A stretch of 64,000 bases of DNA from Nitrospirota bacterium (GTDB lineage: Bacteria > Nitrospirota > UBA9217). Where the stretch lies: positions 32,001-96,000 of the forward strand of contig CAVVUN010000006.1 in assembly GCA_963751455.1 (NCBI GenBank), written 5' to 3'. Of this stretch, positions 20,301 through 27,251 are shown piece by piece. Each line of letters opens with the position of its first letter. Position 1 is the stretch's first letter. Both the position numbers and the translations under genes were made by a program. The notes under the pieces were generated by a model. That model saw only the letters and a program-made list of their open reading frames with translations, ran no database searches and was not told where the DNA came from.

Positions 20301-21875
20301 AGAACCATTTGAAAGGGGCGTGGAGAAATTCGGCGTTACCGAAATGCGGCTTTTCAAAGGAGTAACGTTTATCGTGACTGTTGAAGGTTCACTGTCCGTG
20401 AAATAGTCATTAACGACGAGCTCAATGACATAAGTTCCCGCTTTATCGGGTGTAAAAGTCGGGCTAGCTCCGCCCGCATCAGTCAACGTTGCTATGCTGC
20501 TGTCATCAGGTTTGGACGCTATGCGCCAAGCATATTTGAGTGGATCTCCGTCTGGATCACTGCTTTCAAAACCATCCAAGGTGATCTCGTAACTCTGCTC
20601 GCCTGTTTGATTCGCGCCTGCATTGGCGACCGGGGCTTGATTGGTTTGTGATAGAGATGCATCACCCGTAGGAGAATACGTGATGCGGTAGGTTTCGGAA
20701 AGCGCGGGGGTGGCAATACCGTTTATGGAGGTTATGAGATTATCAGTGCCGTCTGATTTCGTCCATTGCATATCGATCGTGTACGGTCCTTCGCCTGTTC
20801 CAAATACCTTCATGATGAAATTGCCCTCAAGAGGTTTAACAATCGCAAGCTGTCTGTAAGGTTCATGAGTCTGTTCGATGCCAGCTAAATCACTTATGGG
20901 TTGATCCATATAGTAAAGAGCCATGGGATCTTCATGAAGCGTCAATCCTGTATCGGGGCTATAGCCCGTTCTTCTTCCTTTAGGGTCAATAATTTGGACT
21001 TCGATCGGGGAGTGAAGTGTGATTCTTCCATTGCTCACATCAAGGGTGCCGCTGGCATATACCCCCTGAAATCTAAGCAGTTTAATGAAGCTATAATTAT
21101 CTCGACCATTATAACGCGCATTAAAGCCTTCAGCATATTGGTAATATCTTCCAGGGTCATAATCCCTGTATTCGCCATTCAGCTTATCATAGCCGCCTAC
21201 AACGACAAAGTGAGTTGGATGAAATATCGGTATACCTTCGTCGACATATTCTGTATAAGATATCTGCATTATATCTGGTAAATAAGACTTAGTATCTTTC
21301 TCCAAGAGATCGTTGAACCTTGCCGGATCGGAATTTTTTTCTACCCAGAAGCAGCCAAAGTCCTTTCTCGAGCATCCAATATCACAACAATAGTTCGGGA
21401 CCACGTAATGATTTAGAGTTGGGAAAGGATACTTTTCGTAAAGTTTTCCTGTTGTGTTAATCCAATGGACAGCTGTGCCGTCATAAGTACTATTATCAAC
21501 CATCCAGGTATTAAGCGTACCTGGATCGAGTCTCGTGTCAAGTTTTGGCTGATGGTCGGCATCCGGTACAAATAATATGCTATTCCAATAGTACAACATC
21601 ATTAACGATGTGAGAGCACAGCCTTTTTGGCAAATTGTACCTGGTGAACAAACTTCTCTACCGTTACCCACATCAACCATGCATGGTGGTGTAAGCGTGC
21701 CTCTGCCGGCATAAGTGTTGCATTCCCATCTACTCGAGCTCTCCACCGAGCTACCTCCCAACTGCCAGAATGGGACGATATAATGATTGATATCTTCATC
21801 AGGAACCGCATGGGAAGTGGAAACAGTCAACACTAAAAGAAGGAAAACAACTATTGGGAGATGGCGCCTATACAT
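14370..21875 (-). CDS. Giant secreted protein: C39-like peptidase head, PKD, CARDB/Ig-like repeats, NHL propeller, Ig/chitobiase-like domains, C-terminal alpha/beta and helical region
   Basis: Signal peptide; Q38, GC86ALTS, TH222FVVVGGYD, YD240PG; HSPIEVQIIDPKGRRTG; NQAPVANAGANQ..LDG..SDPDGDPLKYAW (PKD); GNGQF..P.GIAV..DG.IYV.D..N.RIQKF repeats; DTTPPVT. Confidence 0.85.
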   Translation of the reverse strand: MYRRHLPIVVFLLLVLTVSTSHAVPDEDINHYIVPFWQLGGSSVESSSRWECNTYAGRGTLTPPCMVDVGNGREVCSPGTICQKGCALTSLMMLYYWNSILFVPDADHQPKLDTRLDPGTLNTWMVDNSTYDGTAVHWINTTGKLYEKYPFPTLNHYVVPNYCCDIGCSRKDFGCFWVEKNSDPARFNDLLEKDTKSYLPDIMQISYTEYVDEGIPIFHPTHFVVVGGYDKLNGEYRDYDPGRYYQYAEGFNARYNGRDNYSFIKLLRFQGVYASGTLDVSNGRITLHSPIEVQIIDPKGRRTGYSPDTGLTLHEDPMALYYMDQPISDLAGIEQTHEPYRQLAIVKPLEGNFIMKVFGTGEGPYTIDMQWTKSDGTDNLITSINGIATPALSETYRITYSPTGDASLSQTNQAPVANAGANQTGEQSYEITLDGFESSDPDGDPLKYAWRIASKPDDSSIATLTDAGGASPTFTPDKAGTYVIELVVNDYFTDSEPSTVTINVTPLKSRISVTPNFSTPLSNGSTAISFGVNNIGRIGVTSGTLNVILSDPSGAIVATGTRTFSIEVGQTTTITVPSTPLPMLKFGNYTLSFTQSDETGTINHTTISIPNSSAASFSFDKITYRMRETANLKMNLMNTGKFSQDEMTVTLAVADTGYSQTTTVSLSPSTTRELVFSFMIPDTITSGRHGVNVTITSLSGDSITALTSFAVQGSDLIVDSSVATQIAAGDVVTVWVENEGAVDTTYATEKIVITDTEGEVLYQSSVSGEILAGERKVLTSIPIPAQTAGGIVFLNIVVKDLKTGNLAQLNKIFNVEGLVTSLLSRTDQQTYQSTDTITAISTLANSSRGVENGTLDIKVYKNKQPSGGVFTQFIPETGTSQGSGNGQFKWPQGIAVASDGSIYVADSYNHRIQKFDRDGNYITKWGSYGSGNGLFIYPYGIAVSRDGYVYVVDHGNNRIQKFNANGQFVYKWGSYGYGNGQFASANGIAIDSNGSIYVSDTVINRIQKFNANGGFITKWGSYGTGNGQFNFPINMAVGPDGSVYVVDSDNYRIQKFDPSGNFIIKWGSSGYGNGQFYYPRGIAVDANGFVYIGETLNNRVQKFDSNGNFKAKWGSSGSGDGQFQSVPEIGVNAEGIVYAIDSGNNRIQRMLPFSIGGSESIFETTIPINQEPNSNNDYTINIGSLNTLGKLYLETTLKNNLGQTIARSGYPFYIVNSGIVLFFAPDKKIYRQGETVTISGEVKNITTINATNLKLIIKSQKSDGSLQTIHTENINVPASGTHTFTTTATAGLEGVVFLIGSVSQTATLAEITDQYEIANPKATMSISGPDIADRKPFYLNVELKNTGRIDINIQYTVYNSSWDAIDTDSLTIPASETRLLQYNQQIDRTMTYRVYVTGDVYQTASKIVTYGEAAQITIGSGNQTPSGLYPEGKITVPVTITNTGTIDETISVTYSLQPSVLSLTKSYFLAKGETFTDTLTFDVIQGTCWLYAESSQPYSYASSSFTVARENDVTMSTASGSQEKTGLIPVTMNIVNNGYNIVNGTITLAVMDNFGKAVWRGETPVSGLEAHDSMNYLINLDPAGIISGAYPVEVNLYTSSGSLLATNQSQVRVSGPIFEITSIPTSPIFTVGKAATLNFTIKNTGTLAGSADFSVKAMDVLNQMASNVLQPGEEKVLAFNFAVPEDAQATDYLVDYNLAAAASQGTSGKTRFSVAGVNVAVTASLDKQIYYNDDTAVLTMNVEKQTQFEDGTYVAIIRYGAHHDMQTFTLTSQPATPTFNVPLGTLSRDRLFYGVYFQSGGNIFQNSLPINTLPVVTIVSPVQNSTYNSAVGISAAVLDGGLGIGAVEYRVDDGPWNTLPLIAASGRYEAIWQPVLADNGNHTVGFKASDTAGHTTIPLSVGFTVQMDTTPPVTVLSLGTPKYEVNGQVFVSGSTHIELNATDDFAGVAKTEYRVDEGPFETYTGPVELGAYQDGVRTITFRSVDNIGNIETENSYAVNLDKEQAITELSGSDPLSPGIVNIVSPKTLFTLNGTDNLSGVRTTTYRIDEGEWQGYTGSFGLTELASGTHTITYKSIDNVLNEEAEKSLTVRLIVIDNIEKAIGVEPVVLVGVWSDKSDREQKQADIRQLDALLASLRVNYMIAGNMDDFTSGLRSGRYNTYILIDVKEPVVSEELREAVYFGDGLIFLKTRQDANPFLDDVFGVKLTGKTTRPDLAVNLESSFISNEGELKLLGKAIVATISAETAQAYGTVMDKQQMVPVIISNQYGKGRSLLYTFDLLNSSDQTQAAALMVNSINHVRPLEHSARAMDSVPLQTGVKNSSEPVTVRIIETVPADTTADSIVPEGIAMEGSIAWQKTIASNENARFGYALNLPDRAGEYTAITEVFYDNNGIFVSYGRYPLTLIVLNSSDQLLRGVITDLTNITMASMSDAETINEAIDALHRVNANASTGKEAEDNLKFIIKATDEIKKLSMDVASIRLKLSELIKIWEKKWYLMKLAN
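18430..19250 (-). repeat. About six intragenic NHL repeats (about 47 aa / 141 bp period)
   Basis: Repeated KWGS.G.GNGQF..P.GIAV...G.VYV.D..N.RIQKF. Confidence 0.85.
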
Positions 21876-21895
21876 TTGTTCCTCCTTGGGTGAGG

Positions 21896-23893
21896 TTATC
21901 TATTCTTAGGCTCACATTCAAAAACTTCGGAAACATGCCACGGATATTTACGCACAGGTTTTCTTATCCTCTTCCAGGTTTTTCCACCCTCGGTCGTAAT
22001 AAAAAACCATGCCTTCGTTGTGGGAATAACACCGCGGTCTTTATCAAGAAAAATGAGGTCATAGCCGATAACGCTCGGTTCTTCTTTCGTCCACGTGTTT
22101 CCACCATCTTCGGTAAACAAAAGCCAACCGAAGCCCTCTTCGCTTCTTCCAGTTACCCAACCGGTTTTATTATCCGTAAAAAAAATCCCATTTAGCCATG
22201 CATTGTCTTTCTTATGTTGAAGATTCCATTTTTTGCCGCCGTCCTCGGTATATAGAATAATTCCTGTCCATCCCGCAGCGCCTTCTATTGCTTTGGTGCC
22301 AATAATCCATCCAAATTTAGTATCTAAAAAATGAATATTTCTAAGAAAGTAGTCAGTGCTTCCACTTGCTTGATGTTCCCAACGCTTGCCGCCGTCCGTT
22401 GTGTGAAGAATCATTCCTTGATTACCGACAACCCATCCATTCTCTCGATCAATAAAAGAGACTTCAAATAATCCCGTTCTCAATCTATCGTGTCCCATTA
22501 ATTCTTTAAATTGCGTTGACCAGGTTTTTCCGCCATCGGCGGTATATTTGATTACGCCATAAACTTTATCGATTTCCTTCCGCTCGTTCCTTTCCTCTAT
22601 TGTCCCTACCGCCCAGCCTGTGGAAGAATCTGAGAAAAACAGGCCCCGCACCCATATTCCAACCTCTTGATTCTGTCGTGTGCGACCGCCATCGTCCGTT
22701 CGGCAGATATAGGTAGTGTAATCTCTGGGAGCGTAAATCCACCCTGTTTTTTTATCGACAAAAAAGACGGCAGAGCCGCATTCATCACGTCGTGCTGCCA
22801 TTTTCCATGTCTTACCGCCATCTTCAGTCTTCATGATTTGGCCGTCATCTCCAACGGCCCAGCCGAAAGAAGATCTCGGAAAGGAGATTCCATGTATTTG
22901 TACTAGAAAATCATCTATCCTTTTCGAGTGTTCCGGTAGGACTCCTAGTTTTTCCTTCCATGTTTTTCCTTCATCCGCTGTACAGAAGATGGTCGATCCC
23001 GCTGTACATCCACTTCTCTTGTCCATGAAGGATATTCGGTTGAGAGCATATGACGACCCAGCATGAAGCTGATCGACCCATGTCTTTCCTCCGTCTTTGC
23101 TATGGAAAATGGAGCCTAAACCGATTACAGCCCATCCATTTTTATCATCCGTAAAGAAGATACACCCCCTATCCCATTTGAGCGGAATTTCTGCTCTCCT
23201 CGAGTGACCAGGTGAACCAAAAAACGGTAGTTCAACCGGAAGCTTGCTCTCCTCCCACTTTTTGCCTCCATTTGTCGTCCTATACACTTCATCCCCGGCC
23301 AATAACCAGCCTGTCTGAGGATTAATAAAATATACGCTTGTAATGAGGCGGTTTATGCTGATGTTCACTGTCTCCCATTTTTTTCCTCCATCTATCGTGT
23401 GAAGCACAATCCCCTGAACCTTTATCTCATGTGAAGATTGTTTGCCATCTGCTCCTACCGCCCATCCTTCCTTTTCGTTTAAGAAAAAAAGACTCTTTAG
23501 GACTGCTTTAATCTCTGATTGTATGGCCCACGTCTTGCCGCCATCTCCCGTGTGTAAGATTATTCCTCGATTACCGACCGCCCAACCATTCTTTTCATTT
23601 ACAAAAGTAATATCGAGCAAGTCCTGCGCTATTCCACTTTCTTGCGCTGCCCATGTCTCGCCCGCATCTTCGGTAAAGAGAATGATACCCTGTTCCCCCG
23701 CAACCCAACCCTTCTTCGACGTAACAAATTTCACTCCAAGAAGATTATTTGATGTTGGATATGGATTCTGATATACCCAGCCGTTCCAGCTCCCGGCAAA
23801 GGATTGCATTGGGATAACGGTCAGGATTACGGTAATGGTAATAAGCATCGCAATCTTGTCTTTTTCCATAAATTTCATCATTTTATTTCCCAT
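21896..23893 (-). CDS. YCF48-like BNR/Asp-box beta-propeller protein, cassette B
   Basis: Signal peptide, many T.DGG.TW and GWAVG repeats; paralog of 27252-29207. Confidence 0.88.
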   Translation of the reverse strand: MGNKMMKFMEKDKIAMLITITVILTVIPMQSFAGSWNGWVYQNPYPTSNNLLGVKFVTSKKGWVAGEQGIILFTEDAGETWAAQESGIAQDLLDITFVNEKNGWAVGNRGIILHTGDGGKTWAIQSEIKAVLKSLFFLNEKEGWAVGADGKQSSHEIKVQGIVLHTIDGGKKWETVNISINRLITSVYFINPQTGWLLAGDEVYRTTNGGKKWEESKLPVELPFFGSPGHSRRAEIPLKWDRGCIFFTDDKNGWAVIGLGSIFHSKDGGKTWVDQLHAGSSYALNRISFMDKRSGCTAGSTIFCTADEGKTWKEKLGVLPEHSKRIDDFLVQIHGISFPRSSFGWAVGDDGQIMKTEDGGKTWKMAARRDECGSAVFFVDKKTGWIYAPRDYTTYICRTDDGGRTRQNQEVGIWVRGLFFSDSSTGWAVGTIEERNERKEIDKVYGVIKYTADGGKTWSTQFKELMGHDRLRTGLFEVSFIDRENGWVVGNQGMILHTTDGGKRWEHQASGSTDYFLRNIHFLDTKFGWIIGTKAIEGAAGWTGIILYTEDGGKKWNLQHKKDNAWLNGIFFTDNKTGWVTGRSEEGFGWLLFTEDGGNTWTKEEPSVIGYDLIFLDKDRGVIPTTKAWFFITTEGGKTWKRIRKPVRKYPWHVSEVFECEPKNR

Positions 23894-24134
23894 CTCCTTA
23901 AATCAAGAAAAAACTTTTTGTCTTCGGAGGAATGCCCGATTGCAATTCGTGGATAATTTGAAACATAACATTTCCTCCAAAACAGACCAAACAGTCAAAT
24001 CGATTTTATCGCTCTGCTTTTTTAAAAATTAAACGCGTGGTGAGGGGTTCCAAGGGATGTCGGCAAATCAGAATATTTGAAGCAGAAACCTCAAGTTGCT
24101 ATTGCATATTGTTACATAATATTATATGTTTGTC

Positions 24135-24176
24135 TCGGCTATTCTTGCTATTTTATTCGGCATTTCTTGCTGTCAA
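24135..24176 (-). promoter_or_regulatory. Tandem 14-bp direct repeat (period 22) next to a TTGACA hexamer, upstream of cassette B
   Basis: TCGGCTATTCTTGC (24135-24148) and TCGGCATTTCTTGC (24157-24170); same motif at 30894-30929. Confidence 0.6.
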
Positions 24177-24182
24177 TTTTTT

Positions 24183-25571
24183 GGTAGCGTTGTCAAGTGG
24201 AGACCTGACAAAAGCCCCCCATTTTACGCGCATTATGCATCAAATCCGTTATAGTAATAAGCCAGCCGGACTTTCATGACATTCAGCGCTCCGGCCTCGG
24301 TCCACTTGCTCACGTTTACCCGCATATTGACCGTGCGCATGAGTCGCTCCACCTTGCTCGTGGTCTTACCGTCTAATCTCTTCTTGATCGCCGTAAACAT
24401 ATCCGGGCGGGCATTTTCAAGATAAGCGGCTGTGTGAGTATATTCTCTCTCAGCGCACCGCTTTATCAGTTCATCCAGCCGGGCCTTCTTCGAAGCGATC
24501 ATCGCGGCTATCGTCTGCTTGTCGTCTACAAACGGCCGTATCGCGCAGATTTCCATCAGCTCCACGATCACATACAACCAGTCCTCGCTCTTACGCTTCA
24601 CTTTGTCCTGCCACAACACATACTTCGCTTGATAGGGAATATGCCACAAGCAGCGCTGAACAATTATCTTCACCTTCCCCTTAAGAGCATCCAGGATGGA
24701 GGTGTCGCCGTCGGTGATTAAGGAAAACGGACGGGTGAAGCTCCCCAGAGCCTTGAGACTCTTCTTGAAAAGGTTGTCCCAGGACCCGTTATAATTCCCG
24801 ATATCAAGGCCCGCCACCCGCACGCCGCCACCCTTCTTGTACTGTATGAACGCCTTCAATTCCTTCCCGCGCTTCTTGATTCCCTTGATGCCGATCCCGG
24901 TCCCGTCAGCCTCGCCCTGGGGAAGCTCCTTTTCATCAACCTTGAACTCTATTTCCGACCCCGTCTTTTGGACAGCGCTCCAGACCGTCATCTTGTCCAC
25001 GGCCCAGCCGAACATCTTGCCGATCTTCTCCGCCACACGAAAGGTTGTCAAGGAACCCAGAAGCCCAAGCTTTCGATAAATTTCTGCCGCTATTCGCTTT
25101 TTCGGCTTCATTCCGAGCAGCTTTCGGGTGATGTAGAGCTTACTCCCACAGCGTTTGCAAACAACCTGGAGCTGCTGTAACCAGACCCATTGGTAAAAGG
25201 CATGAATCTTAGTCTTTTTCCCGTGCCGCGTCTTCCATGTGAATTCCCGATCATTGCCGCACCCGCAGGCAAAAGGCTTTTTCTTAAGAGCCATCACATG
25301 CTCGCCAAAGCCTACAAGCACTTTCTGAATGAAGTCCGTCAAAATCTGCGGCAAAAGCTCGGCAAAGGCGGCGAGTATTGATGAAAGAGAGCTGTCCTTC
25401 AAATGCACTTCAAATTGACAATCAAAACTGATGGTGATACCTTTCCTTTGTGGGGTAACACCCATATTGCCCTCCTGTTTTATGGTTAGTTTCGTCCAAA
25501 ACTATTATCCATAAAATGGAGGGCAATTTGTTGTTACTTCATGTCCAAAGTCTCTCCTTTTCTACACTACC
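24183..25571 (-). mobile_element. ISH6-like insertion sequence, 1389 bp, with 8-bp target duplication AATTTTTT
   Basis: Imperfect terminal IRs GGTAGCGTTG.. / GGTAGTGTAG..; AATTTTTT at 24175-24182 and 25572-25579; single transposase ORF. Confidence 0.88.
24233..25465 (-). CDS. DDE transposase (ISH6/UPF0236-like)
   Basis: EADGTG, LITDGD, QRCLWH, TTSKVERLMRTVN; RBS lies in hairpin 25466-25527. Confidence 0.85.
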   Translation of the reverse strand: MGVTPQRKGITISFDCQFEVHLKDSSLSSILAAFAELLPQILTDFIQKVLVGFGEHVMALKKKPFACGCGNDREFTWKTRHGKKTKIHAFYQWVWLQQLQVVCKRCGSKLYITRKLLGMKPKKRIAAEIYRKLGLLGSLTTFRVAEKIGKMFGWAVDKMTVWSAVQKTGSEIEFKVDEKELPQGEADGTGIGIKGIKKRGKELKAFIQYKKGGGVRVAGLDIGNYNGSWDNLFKKSLKALGSFTRPFSLITDGDTSILDALKGKVKIIVQRCLWHIPYQAKYVLWQDKVKRKSEDWLYVIVELMEICAIRPFVDDKQTIAAMIASKKARLDELIKRCAEREYTHTAAYLENARPDMFTAIKKRLDGKTTSKVERLMRTVNMRVNVSKWTEAGALNVMKVRLAYYYNGFDA

Positions 25572-25577
25572 AATTTT

Positions 25578-27135
25578 TTAAGCATGAATCGTGACTGTTG
25601 AAGTTTCACTGTCCGTGAAATAGTCATTGACGACGAGCTGCAGGACATACGTTCCGGCTTTATCAGGCGTAAAAGTCGGCATGACCGCGGTCGCATCAGA
25701 TAGCATCGCTATGCTGTCATCAGGTTTTGTCACCATGCGCCATGCATATTTAAGCGGATCGCCGTCCGGATCATTGCTTGCAGTACCATCGAGGGTAATC
25801 TCATAACTCTGCTCGCCGGTTTGATTTGTGCCTGCATTCGCGATTGGCGCTTGATTGGTTTGTGAGAGGGATGCATCGCCGGTAGGAGAATATGTGATGC
25901 GGTAGCTTTCAAGCAAGGTTGGCGTTGCGGTTCCCGTTATGGAAGTATTGAGATTCTCCGTACCGTCATCTTTTATTCCCTGCATGTCGATCGTGTATGG
26001 CCCGTCACCTGTGCCAAAAATTTTGAGGATATAATTACCTGCAATAGGCTTGACAATATTTAGTATCTTTACAGGCTCCTCAGGAACATCGTCACCGTCC
26101 AGAGAACTCGGTGGTTCCTCAGAAAAATAGAGAGACAACGGATTTTCCTGCAATTTTAAGCCTGTCTCGGGATCATACCCTGTTCTTCTATTCATCGGAT
26201 CAATGATCTGAATTTCAACGGGTGAATGCACGCTGATCCGGAATTCGCTATTCAGATCTGATCTACTGTAGACACCGATATACCTGTATAGTTGCACGAA
26301 AGCAAGATTAGTGTAATACCCTCCTAAAGGCTGTGGAGGTTCAAAATTAGGATTCGGGTTTGTTCGGCCTGGATCGTAAGCGCTATAGCGACCAAGTTCA
26401 GTGCCAGCAAACGTCGAGTCATACCCCGCCACAAGAACAAAATGCACAGGATGATCTCCTCCACCAATGTCGCGCCCTGATATTTTCACAATATCTGGAC
26501 GCCCATGAGAGAGATCCAAGTCCAAGAGGTCCTGGGCTGATGGAAGGCTCCGCGATGAATCGTTCCATCTTGGAATATAGCAGTCGTAATTTTCTGATGC
26601 AAAATGCGGCACCGGGGAGTCATAACATTTCAAGTTGCGCTTAACAAGCGTTTTCCAGTCAGGCCAGGGCCAACCGTCGTAGTAATATTTTGATACTGCG
26701 TCGTCCCAGACCAAGGTTTTTGCTCGAGTTATAGCTTCTATTATCTGTTAACCAAGCATTAAGCGTTCCCGGGTTGAGAGATGAATATAGATAATCTAAA
26801 TAGGGATATTGAGGGTCATCAAAAAAATCGGGCAAATGATTCTGGTTCGGAATCCATTTCATTTCATAATATCTATAGAGCATTGCGAGGGCCGTCGTGG
26901 TACAGCCTGAGCGTGACATCGTGCCAGGGGTACTTTTAGTGCAATTTTCAATTCTTCCATGACCTGGATCGGCAAAAATATCACACTGCCATCCGCCGCT
27001 AAATTGTGTCCACCAGCGCGTATAGAGTTCAAGTTTTCCACCTGACGGCACTGATGGTACGGCGTGTGCCGTGGATGCTGCCAAAACAAAGAGGATCATT
27101 ATCGCAAGGTGCATCGAATATCGTTTCATCAGCAT
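25578..27135 (-). pseudogene. Orphan C39-like peptidase head + PKD domain, cassette A; +1 frameshift near 26717, ends right after PKD
   Basis: Signal peptide, SGCTTTALAML, LNPGTLNAW, HFVLVAGYD, YDPG, HSPVEIQIIDP, PKD, ending TVTIHA*; collinear with the first about 505 aa of the 2501-aa protein. Confidence 0.85.
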
Positions 27136-27251
27136 ATCACACCCCCTGGGGAATATCATGAGCAGCAGCAATCCCTTTCCTCTTGGACTATCTAAAATTG
27201 GAATAGCATTCCAGCTTAGAATAGTTCCATTCTTTTTTGCCCTATTGAAAG

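Noticed and set aside
24183-25580. IS-mediated deletion as the cause of the orphan truncation
   Set aside because: Intact 8-bp target duplication; the stop codon persists after removing the IS in silico
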